From Dicentrarchus labrax (lineage: Eukaryota): a DNA stretch of 64,000 nucleotides. Every line of letters begins with the position of its first letter. Positions within the stretch are counted from its first letter, which is position 1. Shown here piece by piece: positions 50,301-63,671 of the stretch. The position numbers and the translations under genes are program-made. The stretch spans positions 24,847,935-24,911,934 of the forward strand of contig NW_026136706.1 of assembly GCF_905237075.1 (NCBI RefSeq). The letters run 5' to 3'. A model generated the notes under the pieces. That model was not told where the DNA came from. It saw only the letters and a program-made list of their open reading frames with translations, and ran no database searches.

Positions 50301-52689
50301 ACAAAGCTGATAGTTGCCCCCTCTGACTGCTGACATTTCACCATTACCTTTCCTGGTGAACTGGTATGTTTTTAATGTGTTAAAACGTTGAGTTCAGGGA
50401 AGACTTCAATATTTTCTACCACTCAGTGCTCTCTACCTCCCCTGCTTGCATGTGTCGCTTCTACGCTACATCACAAACAAAAAGCTATTATTTCACTGGA
50501 TGCACTTTGAAAGGTCAGCGGCAACTAAAGTCAAAGTTGAAATAATTTGAACTTTGAGCACGCTCGGTGGGCATTTTGGACAATGCACCTCCGCCTAGTT
50601 TGGCATCACCGCTGTCCCCGTTGGAAAACAATGGCACGGCCAGTGCAGAGTGGTTTAACTGCTGATCAAGTGTTGCAGACTTTATTCATCAAACGTTTTC
50701 AGCTATCTTGCCTTCAGGGTAACTTTGTTAGCATTCTAATGATTTGAGTAATGAAACCGTTTGAGTAAACGGTTTCACTTGCTACCATTCTAATTTGCAC
50801 AGAACACTCAGTTGCCTATGCTGAGGCTGATAGGAATGTTTGGCAGGTATGCAAAAGTATTAGACACATTTACCTACATGGTCTGGAAACCATAAATATC
50901 TGTACCACACCTCAAGGCAAGGCATCCAGCAGTTGTCAGTTTATTCAGTCTGGACGTTGGACTAAGTAGGCTAACCGACCATCATTGCCATCCCTAGACC
51001 AACGCTACCGGTGTGGCTAACAGTGCATTCTGTCCTTCGTGTTTATGGATGAGTAACCAATGTGTGACTTGACGTCTGTCATTTGAAGGGTTGCTGGTTC
51101 CTGTTATGAACATATGCTGTTCTCTACGCTATCACATGAGAATGTTAATATTCTGCACATGGAATTCCATCAACTCTTCTCATTTAGAAACTCCTTTGTT
51201 GAGTCAGGGGGAATTGATTATCATTAACTCAATGGAGAGGACCAGACTGGCACCACCACTTGCATGCACTTATTGGCTGATTGTATTGACACTCTGATGC
51301 GGAGATGAGGTGGCTGATTTGAAGTCAGAGTTTGTTCTGTCAATTGCCAATGTTGCTATACGTGTCTGAGAGACTGTTTGGGATTAAATGGTGAACAGGC
51401 ATTAATTATCCTGGTACTGTTCTTTCGTGTCTTTTAAGCCTATACTGGTGGGGAACCATGTGGTGAAGGGACACTTAGATAAATCAGTCAATCAAAAAAT
51501 CTTGTGCTTTGGGAGGAGCTGATGGCTAAGTCAGTAATCTGAGCATGGAAAGAAACAGGCACTCTTTAGCAGTGCTGCACAGCACTTTCACATAGCCTCC
51601 AGTATGTGTTTAATATAATTTAACAAAATTTAATGCAAACCTAGGGGGGATGATACACTGCTATAGACTGACCGTACTACCTCTAAGTAGGGCCCCATGA
51701 AGTCCATCAAGTCCATCAATCACTTTTACACTGATTATGCATGTGACGTTCCTTAAAGTCTGCGATGGTTCAATGCTTAGGGCTTAAAGCAGACATGAGC
51801 TGTAGACTTATGATAGCAGCAGCTCTCTTCAATCAGAAACCTATTTTAGAGCCCATACAAGTTTTGTTCATAAGCCCTGGCTCGCTTATAAACCTACAGT
51901 AGATATAGTGAAATGAAAAAGTCAAATTTAACTCAGTGGTTTGTTCGCTGTTAAAATCAAAACGGAAAAACCCAAAGTGAGTGTCCAAATATTTCTGCAT
52001 CCATCACTACTCAAATGTCGTCATGTATGGAATGCTTCTCAAACTGCCCCTAAAGGTGCAATCTGTTCCACATGCACAATTCTGAAACAACAACCAGCTC
52101 ATGTTTTGACAGTTTTGACAATGAAGATTATTGTACCTGTTGCTCATGTTAATTACAGCATGCTCTTTTCCGTCTGCCTCTGCAAAGCAGCTTGAAATGA
52201 GGCTCTGCTCTGCATGGTGAGGGGGGATTTGCAGTAATTGGCTCCCTGAGAGTTGTGTAAAGATGGCAGCTGAACATGTGCTTCGCCCGCTTGGCTCCAT
52301 TAGTGTAATGGTCCATTTGTACCTGTGATGTGCTGAGGTGAGCACAGGCAAGGTATATGGAACATAACTTTTTTGTCTTGTAGGCAACAACCCTCCATCC
52401 CACTGCTGTCATCAAGGGCTCATGTTGTACTTGTTTGGCAAATAGTGAACGGTAGGGAGAGAAGGCAGACTGATGATAAGGACATTCTGTCAGAGGTGTA
52501 GGCCGGTGGAAATACAACAGTCTAGCATAACAACAAAATGACCTACCAAGAATTTAGTCAGCAGTGATGTTTTCCCCAAGAGGCCAAAATTAGTCTCCTG
52601 TTATTCAGGCTGCTTCCAATAAAAAGATCAAACAACTTTCTTTTTTGATTACCTTTACTGCATTCATCGTGGCCATCTCTTCCCCAGAG

Positions 52690-53000
52690 ATGGATACTGC
52701 AGAAGGCATAGTGTCAAAGTGAATGGAAATCTCTTGATTAGTATTATCAATACAAACCTGGACTGGTCTCATAACACTGACACCCTGTTCAGGAAGGCAC
52801 AGAGCACACTGTTCTCCCTGAGGAGACTCCTTCAGTGTGCGATCCTGCAGGTCTCTAGTGGCCAGTGCTCTGTTCTGTGATGTGTGCCGTGGGTGGTGGC
52901 TCAAGAGGCCAGCAGAGTCACCAAGCTGCTTAAGAAGTCTAGCTCTGTGGTCATTGAAGCCATCCTGGATAACCCCCTCTCACCCTCTTCATGACGAGCT
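52690..53000 (+). mobile_element. Degenerate 3' fragment of a fish LINE (ORF2 C-terminal region: ...IINTNLDWSHNTDTLFRKAQSTLFSLRRL...AILDNPLSPSS...)
   Basis: DNA and protein similarity to a teleost LINE 3' region that I recall (…YIDNKLDWAKNTEAVYRKGQSRLYFLRRL…TILDNVSHPLHDTLV…). Stops and frameshifts are present. Confidence 0.45.
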
Positions 53001-53094
53001 GCGGCATTTTTATTATATATTATAAAATACTATATTGTATCAAACTATTATATTGTACTAATATAGGCGTAAATATGCTCATACTGGTGGTAAT

Positions 53095-53215
53095 AGCTTA
53101 GTCTGTAGGGACTTGGCTTGTGCCCTTGAGCAAGGCACCCAACCCCTAACTACTGGCGGAGCACCCCTACATGAAGAGTGAAAAAAGAATTTCCCCATTG
53201 GGGATTAATAAAGTA
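53095..53215 (+). mobile_element. SINE fragment of the 'gtgcccttgagcaaggcacccaacccctaactactg' family
   Basis: Conserved 'cccttgagcaaggcac..aacccc' core. A related minus-strand copy lies at 56395-56535. Confidence 0.45.
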
Positions 53216-54361
53216 TATCTTCTTCTTCTATACATTATTATACTACATCCTGTCATAATGTATTATGTTGTATGTTAAGACTTGATGAAAGCATTGTAAT
53301 TCAAAATAAACAACCAGCAGTTTCCAGTTATTGCATCTTCCATTATTGCAAATTATATTGGAAAACCACCGTGGATTTTGGTGAGAAAATACAGCTTAAA
53401 ATGACTGAATGAGAAAAGAATTTGACAGTGCCACATTAGGTCGGGTAGAAAAAGCGGACAAGTCAGCATACATGCACCGGAGAGAGGTGGACACCAAGTC
53501 TGTGGCGGAAGAACTCAAGTTGGAGCTTTTAGGATTAGGTTGTTGAACACTTCTTCAAACACCATTTGGTGAGATAAACAATCCAATCCTCGCACTCGCT
53601 CTGTGGCTTGATGGCAAATTGGTTCCCATCTGTACAAACATAGTATGAACATGACATTAATGTGCAATGCTTGATGAGATTATGTTTGTAATGGGGAAAA
53701 TGTAATGTACCTTGTTGCCTGAATGTAGCTGTTTGTGCTGTATTATAGTCTGGGCTACTGGAGTATGTCATTTTATGGTCTCCACATACAGACATTCAGC
53801 GCCATGGACGGAGCCAGCTAGGGCTTGGAGCAAATTGAACTATTTTCTTTCAATTTCACATTTATAAGTTGCCATTTTTTGTCAGGTGTGATTTGTGGTT
53901 GTTTGTAGATGTGCAGAACTCTGAAACTGTTTCATCTCTGCTTTGACTTCTAGTCATGCTGTAAAACGAACGAATCTTAATAATTTGTTTTAATTTGATT
54001 GGTTTATGAGTTTATTTTATTGACAAAGCATGTTAATGAACATCAGTGTAAAAGTAAAGATGTAAACATGCTGGAGTTAGCAGGAATGCTAATTTACATT
54101 CATAGTCCCTAGGCAGGTAATGTAAACATTACTAATGACAATACAGAAATGCATGTATAATACAAAGCAGTTAAATGTAATCTGATATTCCTTAAGCCAT
54201 TTAGATATGTAGGGCAAGTGGGAGGCCATCCTAATATTTACTTCCCTTTACTGACAGTGCAATTTGTCCAAATGTGTTTCACACATGATGTAGCAGCTTA
54301 CAAGGGAACCAATTAGCTTTAATATATAAGACAGACAGTTGTCATGTTACTATATGCTATG

Positions 54362-54770
54362 TCAGTGGTTCTTAACCTGGGGGTCAGGACCCGCACTATG
54401 GGTTGCCAAAGCTTCATGGGGGGTGGCGGGGGCTTCTTGATTTTAAGGGGTGTAAGAAAACTTAAAAAACATTATACACAGTAGGCCTATATCACAGCAT
54501 TTGATTCGCTACGATAAGTACATTGTCTAATATAACAATGGCCAAGCATCAGGGACAAGAAAAAACCTGAATTTGTCAAAAAAGAAGACTATCAAGTCTG
54601 TATGATTGTTAAAAAATATAAACAATGCATTATACAAACAGAATTGTATAAAAAGTTGCCAAAACAGGAAATAATCTCAGTTCACTGTTGAACGAAATGA
54701 AATAACCATAAAATGTCACTTAGTCAGGAGTCAGTATATTAATGATAGAAAAGGGGTCTGTTACGGACAA
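54362..54770 (+). repeat. Interspersed repeat family D, copy 2
   Basis: See 17105-17530. Confidence 0.65.
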
Positions 54771-55484
54771 AGGCTTGGGAACCAGTGCTATGTAAAATGT
54801 TTCATTTTGATATGACATAAATCTGCTGTCTTAATACCATCCTGAGGATAAAATCAAATCAAATATGTTGTTTGTGTGACACTGCCTTGAATAAAAAATA
54901 ATATTTTTTAAAGGTTTCATGAGTTTGTTGTGCCACGTCTGATCAATGGTCTGAATAACAAGAGGTATATTTCTGACAGTCTGTTCACCCCTCCAGGAGC
55001 TTGCACACTCTTATCTTACACTGTACGGTTTGTGCCTTTGTTTTGAGAATATATAACTGCATTTAACTAATCTAACTTGTCACAATCATTTTCTTTCAAA
55101 CCCGTGTTTCACAGGTACCTATATTCAACTTGTGGTCTTGAGGTAAGTGCCATGTAAAATTGGAGTGTCATAACATTCCTGCCAGGAGCCATGCCTGTTA
55201 TGTTGGGCTGAACTGAAGGGGTATATATGCACATCTTACAGTATATAGTGGAAAACTAGCTCTGAATCTAGAACACCGTGGCACTGCTGATATACACGTA
55301 AACAACAATAATTGTGATGCTACAGTCAGTTTTGGCTGTGGGTGGTAAATTTATCTGCTGTTCTGGCCACTTGGGTTTAACATCCGTTATTTAGGAGACA
55401 CATTCCTCTGTAGAACTCGATTTTGCCAGTAAAGTAGTTCAGCTGAAAGGCGGTGAATTATGGCATTTAGGAGCCACTATGGCC

Positions 55485-56095
55485 TATACTGTGCACTGCC
55501 CAATTCAGACAGAGTTAACATTACAAGGGGAAGTGGGGAATGACATTTTCACTGTGCTCCTCTGTAATTTAACTCATTGTTTCGAAAGGCATTACCTATC
55601 CTGAAATCACAGGATATGGTCTGTAATATACACAGGACTCAGGAGAGTAGAGTAAGATACTGTGTGAGGTGAGATTCAGACAAAAATAAAACAACCATAT
55701 ATCTGCTTTAAATCATATGGAAAAAAGAGGCTTCAGAACTCGCCTGAGAATCACCACATTTTTACATTTTCTTCAGTATTAAAGTTATCCAGTCATAGTT
55801 GTCCATACATCCATGGTTACATTGCTAGCTGGGACTGCTAATAGCCAATTCAGAAAACTTTAAATGGTGCCGATTTGCCAAAACTTAAAATACTTTTAGA
55901 CTAAAAACAGGGCTCAGAAGAGAACATTTAATGAGCTTTTACAGGTCTTGCTCTCCTGATGAGTTTCCTCTTTTTACTTTGTTTTCCCAAATAATCCTAT
56001 ATTCAGGTGTTAGCGTGTTTCCATGTATCAGTTTAATAAAACTCCACTTTCACACAAAAGTCAAATTTGACACGGAGTTGATTAAAAGTAGGACA
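55485..56095 (+). repeat. Interspersed repeat family C, copy 2 (the longer version)
   Basis: See 7740-8140. Confidence 0.6.
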
Positions 56096-56394
56096 AACAG
56101 CTCATCCTACCGTAAGAACTCAGAGATCCACTTTAAAATACAAGGACGTCCCTCTGGACCAGATTTAAATTACAGGAGGAGCGGCAAGTTCGCCAAAAAA
56201 CAGTCGGTTATTGCGGCTGCTACCATTACTGTGGTTTGGATTAAAAATGACCCACATATTTCACGTTTATTTATTCAGGGGGGTTTTCACTGAGACCAGT
56301 GCTCTCGTTTTCAGGAATGCTTTGATCACATTCACACCTGGAGGCTGCTCAGTACAACAGCAGCCTGATCTGCTGGCCACTCAGCAGCTCCACT

Positions 56395-56535
56395 GGAGCA
56401 GCTGGGGTTAAGGGCCTTGCTCAAGGGCACCTCAGTGGTGGTAATGAGGGAGGAGCCATCACTGCTTTTTCACTTTCCCTACACAGATTTACTCTGGGGG
56501 ATTCAACCAATGACCTTCTAGTCACAAGCTAGCTT
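56395..56535 (-). mobile_element. tRNA-derived SINE (reverse complement: ggttagagaagctagcttgtgactagaaggtcattggttgaatccccc...ggtgcccttgagcaaggccc)
   Basis: The reverse complement shows a B-box-like 'ggttgaatccc' and the cccttgagcaagg core. Confidence 0.5.
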
Positions 56536-57419
56536 CTCTAACCTTTATGCCACCACTATCCCACATGCGCTCCGGACGGGATTAAAAGCACTGAGCAGAG
56601 CATGGAATGTTAAAAAATAGGGCTCCAGCAACACTGCCTGCAAATCTAGAGACCCTATTAAGGGACAATAGTTTGAAAAACCTCAATATAGAAGAATTTT
56701 TATCCTTAAAAAGGTCTACTGAGTAACATTTAGGAGGATCTATTGTCAGAAATGGAATATAATATTCATTAGAAAACATGAATATAAGAATCGTTGTGTT
56801 TTTGTTACCTTTCTACTGTAGCCCAAAAGGGACAAACCAAACACTATCGCATTTTGGCGTGTTTTCGGGCCACTGTTGTTTCTCCTACACACTTGGAAGG
56901 AGAGGGTGAGGTGAGTGCTAGATGCCATAAAATCCTAAATAGTGGTCCTTTAAATTAGTTAAATAATATTTTTTTATTGAAAATGTAAGCTTCTTTTATT
57001 TGGCAATTTCCTAAAGAGGAAAAAGTTTGATTCAGTTACTTAACTTGACTGCAGGATTTGTTCTTGAATTTCTTTAAATATAAGAAACCATATGCTCACT
57101 CTAACACTATAAAAGACTATCAACACCATTAACAAACAGAGCTACTAATTAGATTCAACACTTTAGTTACAATATTTTCAGGTGTTATAGGTGTAACCAG
57201 CTGGGCCACTAAAATAAGCCATGTTAGCCCTTGTTGCACTTGAATAACAAATTGTCATTCTAACCGGTGGAACAAAATACAACAAGTTTTTATCACATAA
57301 AATAACAAAATACAAACTTATAGTAAGTAACCGGTAGGGTTATCCCTCTCTTCAACAACTGTATTACTGTCTTATATTCAACAACAAGAAAACCACGAAA
57401 ACAGAAAAGACAATAAAAT

Positions 57420-57730
57420 GTAAGCAGTAGCTCTTCATCAGGGCTGGGAGGGTCACTTTAAAAATGTAATCTGATACAGTTAAAAAATGTAGTCAGTAAC
57501 CTAATCCAGATATGACAAATATTAAAGTGATTATTTTCTGTTACTTTTAGATTACCTTAGCACTGAATATGCAAAGAAACACAAGAAAAGTAGTATTGAT
57601 ATAGGTTTATTTTATAAGACAACAGAAGGAAAGCAAACTGATGTATTACTCTAATAATCCCCATTTTTACTAAATCTAACTGCAATCTGATTACCTCTTT
57701 TTTTCTGTAATGGGTTACACGTTTTTGTAT
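57420..57730. mobile_element. Putative non-autonomous hAT-like element with subterminal repeats (gtaatctgat..., agtcagtaacctaatccag, ctgcaatctgattacc, ctgtaatgggttacacg)
   Basis: Clusters of the short inverted motifs GTAATC/GATTAC and GTAAC/GTTAC, typical of hAT subterminal regions. Its boundaries are not defined. Confidence 0.3.
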
Positions 57731-59369
57731 CCCAAGCCTGCTCTTTAATGTCGTTTTACTGAGACAATAACCTGACCTCGCATGAATATCTATTGTGTAA
57801 AAAGAGCCTCCACCGAAAAATGCTTTGTTAAGAGGTTGTGGTCATTTCTGGGAGATCAGGTTGCTTTAGCTCATCTTATTAGAATCACAGTAGCTTTGTA
57901 TGTTCACTGACCGGTCTGCAAGCCTAGCATAATCACGTGGAGCTAACTTCTCTTTTTCACAATATTACTGGAAAAACTCTTTTAATATGTTATTTATATC
58001 ATGTATATATAGTTTATCTGAAAAAAATTTATTGCAGCAAATTGTCCAAAGCTATAATTTAAAAACCCTGTGATTTCCACTCAATCTTTGGCCTTCAGTT
58101 CCACCCTTCTTCACCTTGGGAGGTTTCAGTCAGTTTAACTTATTATATGCTGTGAGTTCAGATCATTGAAACAGTGTCAGATCCTGCTGTTTCCCCTTGA
58201 GGTTTCAGGGGTCAGAGAGGCAGTGGAGCGTCCCCTCTGATCCAGGAAGGCGGCTCACCATGGGGATCTGACAGACTGACCTGCCTGGCAGCTATGATAG
58301 ATACACTGGGACTGGTCTGACCTCTCTGGCTGACATCCACAAGCTCGCTGTTGGCCCCAGTCATCATCTCTGGGTTGAAGTGCAGTTTGGGAATGGTGGA
58401 ACTGCCGTGGTATATTCTGCTCCATTTCTGCTGGACTCTCGAATCACCTCTTTGTGTGCCGGAAAACGATATTTGCTATGAGGATTTCAAAGTGACTGAG
58501 TATCAACGCACTCAAAGGCCACAGAGAAGCAATATGTCCTTCCAATTCTGTGCGTCCTAGGGTAAAATGACCAATAACCAGGGAAAAAATGTACTCCTGA
58601 AAAAACAGTAAGACCAAGTAGAACCCATGGGGAACATAGAGAACATAGAGAACTAAAAACCTCTGAACCGTGACTTTCTGCCCATAAATATCATTAAAAC
58701 CTCTTTTCACATATGTAATGTGAGACTCCTATCCGATCATGTCTGGCTGGAATTCTTTCTGAAAAAAACTGTTTAATATCACCAGTAACTATTCATTTAT
58801 TTAGTTTGATTCCTGATTTTTCTAACCTCACAGAACCATTTGGAAAGTCATCATTGGAAACTATTTGGGAAAGAGCAGGCACTTTCAGAAAATACTAGGT
58901 CTAACCCAAGCAAATTTCAACCAGTCGGATCAACCATATAATTCTACTTCTTTGCCCTACTTTAAATGAAGAAATACTCTCCAGTTTTGATAGAACTGAT
59001 GCTAGCAGCATCAACACTAACCTTTTCAGCAGGCATCATTGTTCTTTAATGACAAGCGTCTTCTGCGCCCCACACCTTGCGCCCTCTCATGCAGCTGCCA
59101 GGACTTCCTCATAGGATGCCGATTGGTCCGCTACAACAAATGCATAGACTGAAGCCTGGCTAGATGGATTCCTGTGTGATCCCCTCGATTTTGGCAATGG
59201 CTTCGCGTTCAGACGCAGTGGCTGGTAGCTCCTTCAAAACTTTCTACTTTTTTGTTTTAATTTTCTTTTCAGCTGTGTTGCTAAAAATGCGGGACTAGCT
59301 CATCAACAGTGGCTGCTGTCGCTCCAGGTGTACAGGGAAGAAGAGCCGGATAAAAGCCATGCTGGCCCA

Positions 59370-59730
59370 GCTTGGACTTAAGGCTGCTCCTGGCTAATGT
59401 CCGGTTTTGGAAGAAATGGGACTCAGGCTGGCCAAACAATGGGAAATTAGAGAATGTTGTGCCCACATCTTTACAAAGACCTGCTCCATCAACATCCCAG
59501 ATCAACAGTCGACAGGAGAACCGTGTTCTGAGCCAACAGGGCGCAGGACAAGAGGAGGCGGACTGTGTTTATATCGATGATGCTTGGTGGTCAACTAGAC
59601 ACTGGATGGACACCGTTTCTCTTTATGTGAAGAGAAAACCATATTATCATAACTATTTTGTTGCTGCTGTTTACATTCAAACAGACGCAAATTCAAAAGA
59701 TGCACTGCAGAATTATTTCAACTGTGTATA
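59370..59730 (+). mobile_element. Degenerate LINE ORF2 N-terminal (endonuclease-domain) fragment: LRLLLANVRFWKKWD...ADCVYIDDAWW...RKPYYHNYFVAAVYIQTDANSKDAL
   Basis: Matches the conserved pattern of fish LINE endonuclease N-termini (LLLANVRSL.NK.DEL ... GGG..VY.ND.WC ... RP.YLPREF....VYIPP.ANA..AL), recalled from memory. Confidence 0.45.
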
Positions 59731-61786
59731 AATATGTATGTATGTGTAGCATGAAGGAACTACAACCTTTTATTTCATTATATAGCCTTGTGTTGTATAA
59801 TAAAGAATACATTTCCTTCATTCCAGCTGCCTCACAAAGTTATGATTTTTAGCCATGCTAGCGGCCTGGCTCTAAGGATGGCAAAGTCAGTCTGTCAGTC
59901 CACTGCTTTGGCCCAGACAGAAATATCTTTATTCAACTATTCAGTGGATTGAAATGAAATTTTGAACAGACAATGAATCCTACTGACTTTGGTGATGCCC
60001 TTACATGTCCTCTTGCAAAACCATGAGGTTGGTTATTGGATGGACCTATTGGATGGTTACATTTGGTACACCATCCACCACATTACATAAATGTAGTGTT
60101 TCAGAAATGCTGTCTCTCCACAACGTAATTATGAAGCAATTTAGTAATATACAAACAAAGTACAGCTTCACAGAGCTGCCAGCATGGCCTCAATAAAAGC
60201 ATAAGTCAACAATGGGCAGCTCCAGCATCTAAAAATTTAAAGAGTTTAGGGGTCATTAGATTTTGACCCATCTCAGCAGTGTTACAAAAACATCATTTCA
60301 CTTGAGAAACATTGCCAAAGGTTGACCCTTACTGACCCATAATGGCGCAAAAAAAACATAATCATGCTTGCATTTCAAGCAGACTGGACTATTGGATTGC
60401 ATTATTCATTCACAGGCCTTCTGAAAAACTCTTGACAGACTTCAGCTGGATTAAAGCTCCGTTGCTAGATTGCTAAATACAACAGAGCAACATGTCGAGC
60501 CAGTTGTGGCCCAGCAACACTAGCCTTCAGTATCTTTTAAGATACTTAGAATTAAGCTTAACGTTCTTGTACTAAAATACAAAGCTCTGAAGCTCAGTTC
60601 ATCTTTCATATTCTTTTTAAGCTCCGTCACGCACTTTCAGATCATTCTCTGCCCATATACCGGCTATATCTACTGGCCTCAGAGGAAAATTGGGAATGTG
60701 GGTTTCAAAAAATATGCTTCTAAACTGTAGAACACTTTATGTATTTAAACTTGAATACAACTTGTTCCTCCTGGTTCTTATTTTTGAATATTTCCCATTT
60801 AATCAAATATACTCCTAAACTTTATTACTGTATCCTGTGTGTTGTATTTGTTTATTTCTTATTTGTTATTTGTATGTGTGTGTAGAGCACTGAATTCAGT
60901 GCACACATTATGCGCCATAAATAAATTGTATTATTACTGTGATTATTATGATTAAATTATAGCTCAGCTTTCATCTCTGCAGATAGAATTTGCTCCTGCC
61001 TCTTCTGTCTTTTTCCTCCCCCTCCCTCTTTGTCTTTGTCCCCTTGACAACCACTTTCTGCTCTGTAGGACAAAGTGAAAATGATTGAAAAGTCAACAGT
61101 GGCTCTCTTCAGCGTGTATTCAGGCATACTGAACACCCACCGGCCAGTCAAAAGCTTTGTTCCGCAGCAGACTCCCACCTGCTGTCAGTGCAAGAAGCAC
61201 TTGAAAAATATTAGAGGAAATGATACACACAGACTGCTCGACACTTAAGAAAACACTCCTCCCACCGCAGGAACCCGAAGACCCTGAAGATATTAGAGTC
61301 TGTTTGCTGCACACCTCATCTCACACATGCACATCTAGGAGTATTGATTTAGTCAGTCAGTCAATAAAAGACATTCAGTCCTCCTGCCCTTATTCACTCA
61401 GCGGTCAGCAAAAGTTACTGTTGCTCGGCTGAAATTGAATGCAATTATAATGTGTGTTAAATATGTTTCTAAAAGTAAACAATGTAAACAAATGTGAACG
61501 TTTGCAGAACTATGGATACTGCCTGTCTCGAAAAATATGTGATCTGAAATATTATTTAAAATGAAAAATCTAAACATCTACTCCCATTCTACAATATAAA
61601 AAATTTTCTGGAGGTTAGGAAATAACAATCGGTAGATAGATACTTTAGTCACACCCTTTGGGAAATTCAGGTATCCAGTAGCTCACAGAGTTTGCATAAA
61701 TATACAGATTAAAGATAAACAATAGAAGATGGTAATGGCTTGAAACAGATAAATAATTACTAGATGGTTAGAGCATTTACTCATAT

Positions 61787-61815
61787 AAATAAATAAATAA
61801 ATAAATAAATAAATA
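61787..61815. repeat. (AAAT)n microsatellite
   Basis: aaataaataaat... 7 units. Confidence 0.9.
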
Positions 61816-63120
61816 CATAGTGTTGGGCTACCACAAATTGTATCACAGGTGTTGAGTTAGCTATGTGTTACCAATTAATGTGGTATAACCGTTGGTAAGA
61901 AGGGTACGCAGTTAAAAAGGGCTCATACAGCAGCTTGCCCTGACCGTCTACGCACCAGTATGGTGGTATAAAAAATTCATATCATACGGTAAATGAAGAC
62001 CAGTATAGATGAGAGCAGCCACACGTCACTTTCTTGTCTTCAGAATGACCACAGCCCCTTTTGGGTGAAACAAGCGCTGTAAAGGTGGTCTGATGCCTAA
62101 ATATGTGTTGCATTTTGCACAGTTACTTAACTAATCAACGAAGGACAATAGAATAAAAGATATGTGGCTTTGTTTAGGCAATCAACAAAGAGGATAAAAA
62201 TGTTAAACTGTGTTAACTGTGGGACCCGGACAGTCAGTATGTGGCACTTCATCACAGGTTAGTTAATAGTGTTACTGAGTAAATGACATGAATTATTATA
62301 ACTGTAGATTGAAGAGAACAAGTTAAGAGTCTTAGTGATGGTGTAAATAAAGTTTTTACTGTGAAAAATATGGCCCTACCAGGTTAGACAGTGTGGAGCA
62401 GAGGGTATTTTAACCTTAATAATTCACATGAACTGAGCTGACCTTCCCTCTAATAATGAACCTTGTAAACAGCAGAGTAATGTAGGAAATGGAGATAAAA
62501 CCCACCTGTTTTCTTCTTCTTTTGGCTCATAGTAAAAGATCTATTAATAAACAGAAACAGTTGTTCTGCTTCGCCACAGATATACAATTAGTTTACAGTA
62601 CTGTCGCATTGGACAGACGACCAAAATAGATAAATAAATGACAGAAGAAGTGTCAGATGTCAGAAATATGAGATTTAATAATGTAGTTGTATATGTCAGG
62701 TTCATCCAATTAGATGGGGTCAGACTGAAAGGACTGAATCAACCCATGTTTCTTTATCTCTTCTATATAACAACGCCGATCATTGATCGACAGTGACATA
62801 TCAGGATTGTTTGCCTGGTTGGCCATAGGGTTTTGGCTCCTAATAGCAAAAAAACAATACAGTATTCTTATTTAATGGTATTAAATTGGCAAAGACCTCA
62901 GAATTAACATTCACCCCCAGTCATATTAGAGGGGCGGCTTTCACCCAAAAGGGGTTGGGGGTTGGATGCGAGGCCAAAGTACCAGGACAGACTGCTCTCG
63001 TCTATACCGGTTCATCCGGATATCAGCCAGCACTAAGATGAATACAAGTTAGTCTTGAGTTGAGTTTGTCACACTGCTATTTTCATTCAACATTTACGTT
63101 CAATACTGAGCTTTTATTTG

Positions 63121-63671
63121 CAGAGGTGGGAAGTAACAAAGTACAAATACTTAGTTACTCTTTAAACGTTTTTATGACAAAATGTTCTTGCTACAATGTA
63201 TAATTAAATGGGTTTTTGTGTGTGTAATTTCTATTCTCTTTTAACCCATGTGGTTGATGTGTGGAAATACACTATTAGTCTGTATTATTTGTAAACTCTT
63301 TGGTTATATTTTTTTGGCATGTATGAAATTGGCATGCACTTGTTTTGTTGGTTTTACCTGGTTAATTAAAAATGAAAATAAAAATACTTTCAGGTATCTA
63401 TAGTTAACTTGACTCTTAATTTTTCTCACAACTCCTACTTTTACTCACTACATTTTTACACAAATATCTGTACTTTCTACTCCTTCCTCTACTCAAAGAC
63501 CGGTCCATATCACGCACAGACCTAACAAGATGTATAAGACACAATGACATAACATGACAAAACAGACTAGACTTTTTTCGCTCGTATTTGAGTAAAGAAG
63601 CTGAATCAGTACTTCTACTTTTATTTACCTTCTACTTTTATTGGAGAACAAGTGTACTTTTGCCACCTCTG
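63121..63671. mobile_element. Tol2-like non-autonomous hAT element (551 bp) with terminal inverted repeats CAGAGGTGG... and a perfect 8-bp target-site duplication TTTATTTG (63113-63120 and 63672-63679)
   Basis: The 5' end is cagaggtgggaagtaacaaagtacaaatactt. The reverse complement of the 3' end is cagaggtggcaaaagtacacttg. Internal AAGTAC/GTACTT subterminal repeats are present. Flanks: ...gagctTTTATTTG|cagagg ... cctctg|TTTATTTGctg. Tol2 ends are CAGAGGTGTAAAGTACTTGAG... and ...GTACTTTTTACACCTCTG, recalled from memory. Confidence 0.75.
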
